IMG/VR virus record: IMGVR_UViG_2974789816_000001
DNA from: a virus
Taxonomy: Duplodnaviria > Heunggongvirae > Uroviricota > Caudoviricetes > Crassvirales
Reading direction: 5' to 3' (one strand)
DNA: 64,000 nucleotides
Positions 44,137-53,138 of this stretch are shown here, piece after piece. Made by a program: the position numbers and the translations under genes. Within the stretch, counting starts at the first letter, position 1. Each line of letters starts with the position of its first letter. Under the pieces are notes generated by a model that was not told the DNA's origin, did no database searches, and worked only from the letters and a program-made list of their open reading frames with translations.

Positions 44137-44674
44137 AATTTCTAATTATATTTATAGCTTGTAAGAGCTGCTTCTTAGTATACACTTCAAAGTATATACT
44201 TTTTTGTCCTGTACTATTATATATGTCATCAAGTAGCTTTCTAAACATTTTTTTCTTATAAGGAAATACATCATTGGTAAATCCTTTACATTCTATCCAA
44301 ATGTCCAAATTATTATATCTTACATATATATCAGGAGTATATGTAATGGGCTGAACTAGCCCATTACATAGTCTAAGTTCCTTACTACTTTGCCTACCTA
44401 AAGATTCAACCCTTTTCTTCTGTTGTGTATCAGTCTCTTTATCATAAAAGGGAGTTATGGGAACAAAAGAAGGAAAAAGGATGAATTTCTTTGGTTCATA
44501 TTTAGGAGCAAATCCATGTTCTTCAAGACAAGTAAAACATGTTTTCTCTAATATACTTTTGAAAGTTATATTCTTAGCAGCACATACAGTAGCATTCCTA
44601 ATCTTCTTATTTTCCACTTTTGAACATTTCCTTAAGAATATCTTTTGTAATTTTGCAGGCAATCTTCGCATCAC
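44120..44674 (-). CDS. PD-(D/E)XK family endonuclease (Hjc/VRR-NUC/restriction-endonuclease-like fold)
   Basis: ...ITYTPDIYVRYNNLDIWIECKGF = P-D ... E-x-K catalytic signature. Confidence 0.5.
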   Translation of the reverse strand: MMRRLPAKLQKIFLRKCSKVENKKIRNATVCAAKNITFKSILEKTCFTCLEEHGFAPKYEPKKFILFPSFVPITPFYDKETDTQQKKRVESLGRQSSKELRLCNGLVQPITYTPDIYVRYNNLDIWIECKGFTNDVFPYKKKMFRKLLDDIYNSTGQKSIYFEVYTKKQLLQAINIIRNYGNTD

Positions 44675-45161
44675 TTATAGACCTGAATGCTGCAAAGTTC
44701 CTATAGTTCTTGATATGAGCCTTATTAGCCTTGGTAATTCTACCATCAAGCATAGAGATTACATAAATCTCAGGACTCTTCTCAATATGGTCCTCATACT
44801 TCTTGTCCAACTCAATGGCTACTTCTCTAAGTACCATAGAGAATGCAGCAGCAGGAAGAATACTATCTACACTGTTAAGGTAGTTATAGACCTTCTCCAT
44901 CTTCCAACCAAGTTTCTCTGCAATCTTCTGAATGTAGTAATCTAACTCCATAGGAACCTCAGATTCAACCACAGCAGACTTTGCAGGCTTGGTAGTAGTA
45001 ACAATGCCAGCCTCAAGGAGCTTAGGGAGAATGTCCTTAGTTACCACAATGTGCTGAACTACAGTACCCTCATCAAAGAAAGGGTCTACTACCTTAGATA
45101 CTTTAACTAAAGTATCTCCAATCTGTACTTCCTTACCATTTGTCAAATAAATCTTTTCCAT
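44607..45161 (-). CDS. hypothetical protein
   Basis: 184-aa ORF. Its 5' end overlaps the downstream gene by ~70 nt; the real start may be an internal Met. Confidence 0.3.
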   Translation of the reverse strand: MEKIYLTNGKEVQIGDTLVKVSKVVDPFFDEGTVVQHIVVTKDILPKLLEAGIVTTTKPAKSAVVESEVPMELDYYIQKIAEKLGWKMEKVYNYLNSVDSILPAAAFSMVLREVAIELDKKYEDHIEKSPEIYVISMLDGRITKANKAHIKNYRNFAAFRSISDAKIACKITKDILKEMFKSGK

Positions 45162-45176
45162 CTTTTTTGTTTAATA

Positions 45177-45854
45177 TTAATACTCTTCGTACCATTTTAT
45201 AGGCACACCATAAATCTCTTTTACCTTATTACTTATATCAACAAATAGCTGATGTGGCATCTTAGTACCACTCCTTGCAGAATATGCAGGATGTTCAATC
45301 TCTATAATATGATTGAACCTATCATTAATATAAGGTTTGAAGGTTTGGGCTTGTCTGCCAAACAATACATATACTATAGCTGTATTATATTCAGACAAGT
45401 TCTTTAGCAATTTAGCTATGAAAGGTCTCCACAACATCACATGGGAACCTATCCTATTCATTTCTACAGTGAGTGCAGAGTTTATCATTAGTATTCCTTG
45501 TTTAGACCAACTCTCAAGAGAGTTGTCAAAGGTAATACAATAATGTGGAACCTCAAAATTAATTGCTGCCTCTTTAATAACATTTAATGAAGGAGATAAG
45601 TTATCCTCATCAACTTCCTTTCTATTCCCGAATAATACTCCAGTTGCCACTCCCTTTTGTGGATAAGGATCCTGACCTAACATAACTACTTTCAAGTCAT
45701 TGAGAGGACAAAGCTCGAATGCTCTGAATACATTAGATTGGGCAGGACACAAAGGCTTTCTCCTGTATTCTTGCCCAACCTTAGCCATTACATTATTAAG
45801 CTCTGTCCTATCAATTACCTTCATCCAATCTCCAAAGTATTCATCTAATGTCAT
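45177..45854 (-). CDS. ung: uracil-DNA glycosylase, family 1
   Basis: VVMLGQDPYPQKGVATGVLFGN (the GQDPY water-activating loop). ILMINSALTV, VLFGRQAQ and EHPAYSARSG (the HPSPLS-equivalent) are also present. Confidence 0.85.
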   Translation of the reverse strand: MTLDEYFGDWMKVIDRTELNNVMAKVGQEYRRKPLCPAQSNVFRAFELCPLNDLKVVMLGQDPYPQKGVATGVLFGNRKEVDEDNLSPSLNVIKEAAINFEVPHYCITFDNSLESWSKQGILMINSALTVEMNRIGSHVMLWRPFIAKLLKNLSEYNTAIVYVLFGRQAQTFKPYINDRFNHIIEIEHPAYSARSGTKMPHQLFVDISNKVKEIYGVPIKWYEEY

Positions 45855-46621
45855 ATCAACATCATTATGTCATCAATATTGTCAATAAGGCATTCATTCA
45901 GTGCATCATTAGAGCAGGTAGATGGAGTAGGTTTAATAGGTTCTACAAAGAGCTTATTGAAATTATCTACTATGACCTTTACTTTCCTGTCCTCTGGATT
46001 ACTGCTGAAACTGTAATTGTTTCTTGGGAAATTTACATCCGTACTTATATAATAGGGAATCAATTTCTTGATGATACCTTTATTAATCAACTTATCAGAC
46101 TCTAAGAATACTTTGGGACCGACATGGCACACAGGTCTGTAATAGACCATAGTATTACCATTATCCTCAGTATGTACACTTCTTGCAGTTAATGTACATA
46201 ATAGTAATGGAGTGTAGCTCTCATCAAAGATGATACCTTTACCACCATAATACACTTCACCCTTATTGGTAGTTATCTTCTGCAATCTTCCACCATATCC
46301 TACATTAGTAAATAATTGAGTTATGATACTATTAAAGGTTCTTCTCTCTTGGCTTGGTGCATTATCATATAATGGCAGTATTATCCTCTTGATTCCCATA
46401 ATTGTGGGATAAGCCATATTGTCTGAGACCAGCTTTTCAAAGTGTTCTCTTGCAATCACAGGTATCTCTACCTCACCATTGTTTACTTCAATGACAAGGC
46501 TTCTTCTAAATACATTGTTACTATCAAGAGACAGATTCATTTCAAGTTGGTCTGGATTACCAAACTCACTGCTATTGAAAATACCCATTACATTATATGC
46601 AAATCTTAGGTTAAATTCCAT
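45851..46621 (-). CDS. Hypothetical protein. It is the operon partner downstream of the E1-like gene.
   Basis: 256-aa ORF. Its start overlaps the E1-like stop and its stop overlaps the ung start. Contains internal GYGG/YYGG motifs. Confidence 0.4.
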   Translation of the reverse strand: MEFNLRFAYNVMGIFNSSEFGNPDQLEMNLSLDSNNVFRRSLVIEVNNGEVEIPVIAREHFEKLVSDNMAYPTIMGIKRIILPLYDNAPSQERRTFNSIITQLFTNVGYGGRLQKITTNKGEVYYGGKGIIFDESYTPLLLCTLTARSVHTEDNGNTMVYYRPVCHVGPKVFLESDKLINKGIIKKLIPYYISTDVNFPRNNYSFSSNPEDRKVKVIVDNFNKLFVEPIKPTPSTCSNDALNECLIDNIDDIMMLI

Positions 46622-47559
46622 TATACTTCAGTTTTAAGATACATTGTTTCTGCATTATATGTGGTAAGGAATGGCAGGTCTCTATCAATGAGAGGCTCAC
46701 ATTGATTAGCACAGAAGTTTACAAACAAATTAACCATATAAGATGCAATCATATTTGCACAGAAGGTAGTTTGTTTATAGGAGCAGATAGTTTCATCAGC
46801 TTCTGCATCAGAGAATAGGAACTCATTATTGTACCTATTGATGTTGTACTCATCATCTCCCTTGATACACAATACCTGAAACTCTTCTGCTGCTAATCTG
46901 CCATCAATAAATAAGCAATTCTTTCTCTCCTCTTCTGGTTTGGATTGAACATGATTTACCCATTTATTAAAGAAGAGTCTTCTTGCTGCCATATTATCAA
47001 AGCCACAAATCATAATGTCTGATGCTTCAGATTCATTGGTAAATCTCTCATTTATTGCAAAGACACTGCTATAGCCAGCATAGTTTCTAATCATCTCAGC
47101 CAGTGCAGATACTTTAGTTCTGCCTAAATCAGACTGACCATATAACTGACCTGACATATTGACAGTTTCCACTATGTCATCATCATAGATAAACATGGAA
47201 GCTGGCTTCATTCTTGCCAATAAAAAGCCTACATAACTACCAATACCACCTACACCTGCCAAAATGATAGTCTTCTTCTGAATATTCTCATACCAAATGG
47301 CAGAACTAAACCTACTTGTAGCTTCATCTACAAGCAAAGTTGCAGAGTTTGTAGGTATTTCCTGATGTGCATCCTCTACAGCTTGGTCAAGGATAGCCTG
47401 TTCTTCTTCTGAAAGTCCAGAGCTAATACTATCACCATCATTTTCCATAGGATTATCTGATTCAGGTATAGTACTCTCATTGAGGTCCTCTATAAAAGAA
47501 TTATAAGCTTCCTGTAAAGTTGCAGGAAGGCTTTCTTGGGCTGTTACTTCTTCATTCAT
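46621..47559 (-). CDS. E1-like adenylyltransferase (ThiF/MoeB/HesA fold) with an ~90-aa acidic N-terminal extension
   Basis: Rossmann motif ILAGVGGIGSYVGFLLARMKP. Next is YDDDIVETVNMSGQLYGQSDLGRTKVSALAEMIR (the D-x-D-x-V-E-x-S-N-hx-R-Q-like segment), then ICGFDNMAARRL. C-terminal Cys pairs are present. Confidence 0.65.
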   Translation of the reverse strand: MNEEVTAQESLPATLQEAYNSFIEDLNESTIPESDNPMENDGDSISSGLSEEEQAILDQAVEDAHQEIPTNSATLLVDEATSRFSSAIWYENIQKKTIILAGVGGIGSYVGFLLARMKPASMFIYDDDIVETVNMSGQLYGQSDLGRTKVSALAEMIRNYAGYSSVFAINERFTNESEASDIMICGFDNMAARRLFFNKWVNHVQSKPEEERKNCLFIDGRLAAEEFQVLCIKGDDEYNINRYNNEFLFSDAEADETICSYKQTTFCANMIASYMVNLFVNFCANQCEPLIDRDLPFLTTYNAETMYLKTEV

Positions 47560-48767
47560 AATATTAAATATTTTTGAAGTGCATCAATATACCCTTTGAT
47601 ATAATCATTTTCAGGGAGTTTTGTAAGCTCCTCTATCATATCATGGGCACAAATAGCACAAATTTCTGTTTCATCAAAGCCAAGCTCTTCCAACTTCTCA
47701 TCTGTCACATACCATGTCAGATATTCTGCATAGGTATCTGCCCACATTTTGAAATTTTCCATGCCTTCTTCACCCTTACCAAATCTCTTTTCATACAATG
47801 CAGGCATTGACTTAGCCCATTTGGTAATGTCAATCTTACTATCATTAGAGATAATAATGCTGCCTGTAATCAATTGAAGTACAAGAAGCTTCAAAGTAAC
47901 TTTATCAAATGATACTTGACCATAAGGCATGTCATATTCCTCTTCAAATGGCAAGTCATCTATATCATCAAAAAAAGTTGGCTGAACTACCTCAGGCTTA
48001 TTAGCTTCCTTCTTGACAAGATTTGCTGGACCTGCCTTTGTACCATAGGAATTAGCAATAACAGGTTTATAACCACCTTGATATGTAGGTGTCTGAGCTT
48101 TCTTGGCTTTCTCTGCCTTAGCTTGCTTGATTTCTTCAAGTCTTGCATCCATATCAGGGAAAGAGTAGTTTTCACCCTCTTTCTCTATTTTAAGGTAGAA
48201 CCATTCAATCTCATCTGCATTGCTTGCATATTTCTTAGTATCATGCTTTTCACCATCACCAAAGAACTCATATACTAACATGTCCTTAATTTGACTATAT
48301 CTTTTTACTCTCCTGGTAATGGCGGCAGTATAAGTACCTGCATTATTCACAATGAGAGATACAAAGTTATTTCTATCCCTACCTTCCTCCTTCAGAGTAG
48401 CAGTATCTGTTCCACTAAAGAAGGTACTCATATTGTTATGGGAATGTATAAGACCCATTTGGCAATCAAGTAGCTCAGGATTCTCACACATATAGGCTAT
48501 CACATCAGGATTCATATCAAACTCTGTATAGGCTTGAGTACCAATATCCATAATGTAAATATCCACACATCTTATTACAAGGTCATTATTTTCAAATGAA
48601 CCTTCATGTGTAAAGAATAATGTACCTGACCATTCAGTACTCCACACCTTTTGGCAGGCAAATCTTATCTTTCTCTCCACTTCTGCTGGGATAATCAGCT
48701 TATAATTATAAGTACCTGACTTCTGTACCAAGCTGATTACTTTCGTGGGTTGCTTTATTTCTTCCAT
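47556..48767 (-). CDS. JAB/MPN+ (JAMM) metalloprotease domain protein with a ~240-aa C-terminal extension
   Basis: GLIHSHNNMSTFFSGTDTATL = H-x-H-x7-S-x2-D JAMM zinc motif, with an upstream Glu. Its stop overlaps the E1-like start by 4 nt (ATGA). Confidence 0.6.
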   Translation of the reverse strand: MEEIKQPTKVISLVQKSGTYNYKLIIPAEVERKIRFACQKVWSTEWSGTLFFTHEGSFENNDLVIRCVDIYIMDIGTQAYTEFDMNPDVIAYMCENPELLDCQMGLIHSHNNMSTFFSGTDTATLKEEGRDRNNFVSLIVNNAGTYTAAITRRVKRYSQIKDMLVYEFFGDGEKHDTKKYASNADEIEWFYLKIEKEGENYSFPDMDARLEEIKQAKAEKAKKAQTPTYQGGYKPVIANSYGTKAGPANLVKKEANKPEVVQPTFFDDIDDLPFEEEYDMPYGQVSFDKVTLKLLVLQLITGSIIISNDSKIDITKWAKSMPALYEKRFGKGEEGMENFKMWADTYAEYLTWYVTDEKLEELGFDETEICAICAHDMIEELTKLPENDYIKGYIDALQKYLIL

Positions 48768-50007
48768 ATCTGTAGTTTAACACTTTAAGAATTATATTTA
48801 ATATATACAGTGCAGTCTGAGTATTGAGTATTATACTCTTGTTCTCATTCCTTACTTCCGCAATATCTGTAATATCTACAGTTATCTCTCTTCCCTTGAA
48901 TACACACACTTTCTTGCCTATATACTGAGTATAATTATTTACATTATTCCTGCCACTATCATAGTAAATCTTCCCATTGTCTATGATACATTCCCTAAGT
49001 AATTTTCTTGTCTTTAGGTTGTCAAATGTGTTAGTGACTTCACCTTTGTTGAACAAGTCATTGTACCAAGAAATGAACTCATTACTGATAAGGATAATGT
49101 ACTCTAGCAAAGACATCCCTATTGAATAACTACCATTTACATAGTTGAATTTGAGCTTCTTTGTATTGATAAAGTGCCTTACAAAGTCCCTCAACTTGTC
49201 AGTAGACAGGGTATCACCATAGTAATTAGGAGACAGATATGTAATGAATCTATCTACACCTACTTCCATATTATTGGTACCTAACTTCTCCAAGTAATTA
49301 TAAGGTACTCCAGCAACAGATTCTACAGTCACATACTTACTCAGTTCAAGGCAGAACATATTCCACATATCCTCATCATAATCCCTATTGAGGGCACTAA
49401 TAGTACCATTAATAGGACCACTGCCTGTACAAGGATTTTGGAATTGGGTGAAATCCCCTGTAGGGATACTACTGATATGACTGTGCATGTAATGACTTCT
49501 GATGTGAAGCAGGGTATACTCTGACCTGTTAAGTGTGAATCCTCCATTCAGTGTACCATTATAAGACACCTTTACTTTAGCCCATAAGTGGTTAATATCC
49601 ACAAATCTATCATGCTCATTAGTCACTCTTACATGAGGGAAATGCACAAGTATGAATATGCCATTGAACTTAGCATTACCAATTCTTTCCTTTACTGTAG
49701 TATTTGTAAGCACATTTACAACCTTTTCTACCTGGTCTCCAGGTAAATCAGTAATAGACCATGTTTTATACATGCTCCAGTCATTCATGTTCATGCTTAC
49801 AATATTACCACCAGGAATATAAGTAGATAAAGGCTCTATATTCATCCAAGATTTGAACTTGTCCAAACTCCAATATCCTTGCATATCAACTTTATCCTCT
49901 CCAAAGAAATCATTGAATATGCCTAATACTCGAAGTGGCTTGTCCATCAAGGAGTTATATAGTTCCTCTATCTTCTCCTCAATTAATTTAATTGTTTCTC
50001 CACTCAT
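48706..50007 (-). CDS. hypothetical protein
   Basis: 433-aa ORF. Its 3' end overlaps the JAB start by ~60 nt. Confidence 0.4.
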   Translation of the reverse strand: MSGETIKLIEEKIEELYNSLMDKPLRVLGIFNDFFGEDKVDMQGYWSLDKFKSWMNIEPLSTYIPGGNIVSMNMNDWSMYKTWSITDLPGDQVEKVVNVLTNTTVKERIGNAKFNGIFILVHFPHVRVTNEHDRFVDINHLWAKVKVSYNGTLNGGFTLNRSEYTLLHIRSHYMHSHISSIPTGDFTQFQNPCTGSGPINGTISALNRDYDEDMWNMFCLELSKYVTVESVAGVPYNYLEKLGTNNMEVGVDRFITYLSPNYYGDTLSTDKLRDFVRHFINTKKLKFNYVNGSYSIGMSLLEYIILISNEFISWYNDLFNKGEVTNTFDNLKTRKLLRECIIDNGKIYYDSGRNNVNNYTQYIGKKVCVFKGREITVDITDIAEVRNENKSIILNTQTALYILNIILKVLNYRYGRNKATHESNQLGTEVRYL

Positions 50008-50064
50008 ATTACTGTAAAAAAATAGGTAAGGGGGTATCTCTACCCTCTTACCTATTGTCTGTTA

Positions 50065-50721
50065 TTAATGAATACTCATTCCTTCAAACATATCATTAAT
50101 CTCATCATCAGAGTAAGGAGAAGCTGGCTTAGGCTTATACTCCTCAGATGGTGCAACTTTTACTGCACCCTCAAGAATATCAAGCACTTTCTCTTTCTCA
50201 TAATCTTCAATTGTGCCATTGTCCTCAAGAATTTCCACCAACTTGCTGATAGCAGCTCTTGCTACAGTATCAACACACTCACCACCATTACTTGCAGGTG
50301 CTACAGGAGCAGGTTTTGAAGCACCATTGCTCTGTACCAATGCAATAAGGTCAGCAGTCTTACACATAGTGAAGTTTTTGCCAAACTTCTTAAGGCAAGC
50401 ATCTTGAAGACCCCTTCTCTTGATTTCAGCATATATCTCCATTCTACTCATTGCGCCAGACTTAATTTTCTTGTTGGTGTTAGTAAGCATGAAAACCAAC
50501 TCATTGGTGACAATTCCCTTATAAGGAACATCATGTGGCAGAACTGAAGCATCATTCTTCAATTCAACCCTTGATGTACCTTCAAAGAAGGTCATACCAT
50601 TATAGTCAATACCATTGGCTCTCAGGTCACTTTTCAACTCAGCAAGGGTCGTGGCTGCTGACATAATAACACTCTTCTTCTGATTCTTAGTCTGTATGAC
50701 TGTAATTTTACGACTTTGCAT
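50065..50721 (-). CDS. hypothetical protein
   Basis: 218-aa ORF, first gene after a ~370-nt gap. Confidence 0.4.
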   Translation of the reverse strand: MQSRKITVIQTKNQKKSVIMSAATTLAELKSDLRANGIDYNGMTFFEGTSRVELKNDASVLPHDVPYKGIVTNELVFMLTNTNKKIKSGAMSRMEIYAEIKRRGLQDACLKKFGKNFTMCKTADLIALVQSNGASKPAPVAPASNGGECVDTVARAAISKLVEILEDNGTIEDYEKEKVLDILEGAVKVAPSEEYKPKPASPYSDDEINDMFEGMSIH

Positions 50722-50742
50722 AACTTTTTAATATTTTATGTT

Positions 50743-51074
50743 TCACAATGTTTTGAATTTCCAAATATAACCATAGGCTGTTTTTCTTTTAACAGTGCCA
50801 AATTGGGTATCTGCTACACCATTACAACATTTTAAAATATTAGTAACAGCTGCTTTTATATTTCCATTGTTCACTGTCCTTGCAGCTTCTGCTATACTTG
50901 GAAATTCTTTTAAAAATTCTCTTGTTTTAGAGTATTGAAGGGCTGGGATACTAAAGAAGGGATTGTTAGTCAGGCTATTAGACAGCTTACTATTCCTGTT
51001 TCCATAATTCAGATTATACTTGTGACTACGTAATTAGGGAATCCATCTATTTCTCTCCATTCCTTCATACCCAT
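50743..51074 (-). pseudogene. Degenerate homing-endonuclease remnant: a NUMOD4-like N-terminus and NUMOD1/IENR-like HTH C-terminus in two frames (frameshift), with the catalytic core missing.
   Basis: Minus-strand translation gives M(G)MKEWREIDGFPNYVVTSII* (frame 1). The +1 frame then reads ...NYGNRNSKLSNSLTNNPFFSIPALQYSKTREFLKEFPSIAEAARTVNNGNIKAAVTNILKCCNGVADTQFGTVKRKTAYGYIWKFKTL*. 'W..I.GFPNY.VSN.G...S' and 'F.SI.EAAR......G.....I......G......TA.GY.W...' are hallmark homing-endonuclease DNA-binding modules. There is no Met in the second frame. Confidence 0.45.
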
Positions 51075-51094
51075 TCAATTTTTTTTTCTTTTAT

Positions 51095-52135
51095 TTAATC
51101 TATGCAAAAGGGCAAATCATCCCAATCATTGTCCTCTTGTCTTGAAGAGTTGAATAAAGGCTTGATTATTCTAAGGAACTCATCTTTGCCCTTAGCCTTA
51201 TACAAGTCTGAAATATCTTTCCCTTCATTAAAGGGTGGCAATACTACATTAGTAAATCCTGTTTCCTCAGCTAACTTCTGAGCATCTTTCAATCCTGGCT
51301 CATCATTATCCAAGCAAATGAAGACTTGTTTATATCTTCTTTTCAGTTCACTAATTGCAGTATCACTCATCCTATATCCCTCACCCTGTATTGCAAGAGA
51401 GGGTATTCCTGTGTTAGTCCATAGACATAAAGCATCTTTCAATGAGGAGCAAATGCAAATTTGCTCTCCATATTCAGGTACTTTAGTCCATAGACTTACC
51501 ACAGAAGTGTCATGTTTATTACTCCATTTATAACCACCTTTGTTAAATGGCTGATAGATTTTGAGAGTAACCTTACCTTCCTTATGTTCTACATAAGCAT
51601 AGGCATATCTGTCAGCTCCAAATACATACTTATTACCATCTTTGATGACAATCTTATGTGATATTGGATAAACTTCTGCATACTTCAGCCAGTCAAGACT
51701 TATTCCATAGGATGCCCAATACTCAATATCATGAGGTGCCCAATCTCTGACTTTACATTGCAGCTCTGTATTATTGAGCTTGAAAATCTTAGGAGTTAAG
51801 TGTTGCTTTGAAGTATTTATACCTAGGTCTTTTGTACTGAACTTAGAAATATCATGAGCTATCTTGGCAAGAGCTTCTATATAATTGCATCCCCACAACT
51901 TGCAAAGAATATCAAAAGTATTTCCTCTGTCCTTAGTTGCAAAGTCTACATAGTAGACTCTATGCCCATCTCTGGAATAAAGTCCAAAGGAAGCCTTATC
52001 ATCTATTCTTAAAGGAGAATGAATTACACAGGGAATTTCTGTAACTCCAAGATAATAAGCTAAAATATCTGCTTCTGTAGTTTTACTTAGAATATCATCT
52101 AAAGTCACAGAAGGATTACTCTTGCCAATAGCCAT
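51095..52135 (-). CDS. DnaG-like DNA primase (degenerate zinc-binding domain + TOPRIM)
   Basis: TOPRIM: SLAIQGEGY (Glu) ... VFICLDNDEPGLKDAQKLAEE (DxD). The N-terminal PLRIDDKASFGLYSRDGHRVYYVDFATKDRGNTFDILCKLWGCNYIEALAKIA parallels the DnaG zinc-ribbon region. Confidence 0.6.
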   Translation of the reverse strand: MAIGKSNPSVTLDDILSKTTEADILAYYLGVTEIPCVIHSPLRIDDKASFGLYSRDGHRVYYVDFATKDRGNTFDILCKLWGCNYIEALAKIAHDISKFSTKDLGINTSKQHLTPKIFKLNNTELQCKVRDWAPHDIEYWASYGISLDWLKYAEVYPISHKIVIKDGNKYVFGADRYAYAYVEHKEGKVTLKIYQPFNKGGYKWSNKHDTSVVSLWTKVPEYGEQICICSSLKDALCLWTNTGIPSLAIQGEGYRMSDTAISELKRRYKQVFICLDNDEPGLKDAQKLAEETGFTNVVLPPFNEGKDISDLYKAKGKDEFLRIIKPLFNSSRQEDNDWDDLPFCID

Positions 52136-52156
52136 AACTGTTTAGTTTAAAAGTTA

Positions 52157-53080
52157 TTATTTACCAAAATCCCAAGGAGAAGACTCTTCTGCCTTAGGGA
52201 AAGGCATGTCACTTGAGCCTGAGTTGTTGAAGTCAGTAGCTTCTACAGTATATTCTCTAAAGGGTTTAATATCATACTCCACATTAGAGAATGCTCCGGC
52301 ATTCTTTCTTTCTTGTAAGTCCTTATCTATTTCACTGTAATCTCTTGCTCCATTTCTAAGTACTTTGTTAGTATATACTACCTGATATTGTTTTCCATCC
52401 TCAGTAGTTCTTACTCCAAACATCACCTTGACTTTATTCTTAGGCATAAGCTTAGGAACTTCATTAAGTTCAGAGAAATCTCCCTTAAACAGCTTATCCA
52501 TATCAAGGGAACATTCACACTCCTCCATGTTAGCTACTTTGGGGTTCTTAACCCATTCACTATTAACATAGGAAAGTGCTTCATCAAAATTAAGATAGCT
52601 CTTAATAAATTCAATAAGTTGTATTTCTCCATTATAGGCAGGCCTGTATTCAGTAGTAATTCTAAGGGCTTTACCAGTGCTACTTTTAAGAGTCGCTTTA
52701 TTTTTCAGATCCTCTGGGGTAGCCCAAGCACTATAACCATATTTATCAATTACTTGTACCTTAGTTTTGTCTCTATTATACCTATAGGATTTATCTACAA
52801 AGAAAGTCATAGGAATAATTATATCTCCCTCTACATCTGGTTTGACATAGAAAGTAACCATAACTTGAGGTACATTCTTACCATCTACCTCTCTTTCTCT
52901 CAGATATTCAGGCTCAGAGTCTATTTCTGCATTCAACAGTTTATTTCTTTCTTCTTTTGTGGGATTAACTGCTAAAACATATATAGGAGAAGCACCAATA
53001 TACCTCTTAATACTTCCACCTTCTTTACTCTCTACTGCTTTACCAAAAGCCATAAAACTAAAATTAATATTTTTATTCAT
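52157..53080 (-). CDS. Hypothetical protein. It is a possible ssDNA-binding protein candidate.
   Basis: 307 aa. The acidic C-terminal tail ...SSDMPFPKAEESSPWDFGK is reminiscent of SSB tails. Support is weak. Confidence 0.3.
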   Translation of the reverse strand: MNKNINFSFMAFGKAVESKEGGSIKRYIGASPIYVLAVNPTKEERNKLLNAEIDSEPEYLREREVDGKNVPQVMVTFYVKPDVEGDIIIPMTFFVDKSYRYNRDKTKVQVIDKYGYSAWATPEDLKNKATLKSSTGKALRITTEYRPAYNGEIQLIEFIKSYLNFDEALSYVNSEWVKNPKVANMEECECSLDMDKLFKGDFSELNEVPKLMPKNKVKVMFGVRTTEDGKQYQVVYTNKVLRNGARDYSEIDKDLQERKNAGAFSNVEYDIKPFREYTVEATDFNNSGSSDMPFPKAEESSPWDFGK

Positions 53081-53138
53081 TTCTATTCAATTTATTTAAT
53101 TTTACTTCTTGTTATTTTATTGCTTGTTCTTAATGAAC

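Noticed and set aside
47556-48767. Reading the JAB+E1 pair as a CBASS Cap2/Cap3 module.
   Set aside because: No CD-NTase/cyclase or effector gene is present anywhere in the window. The E1-like protein is too short to contain a fused E2 domain. Hence it is reported as a stand-alone E1+JAB pair of unknown target.
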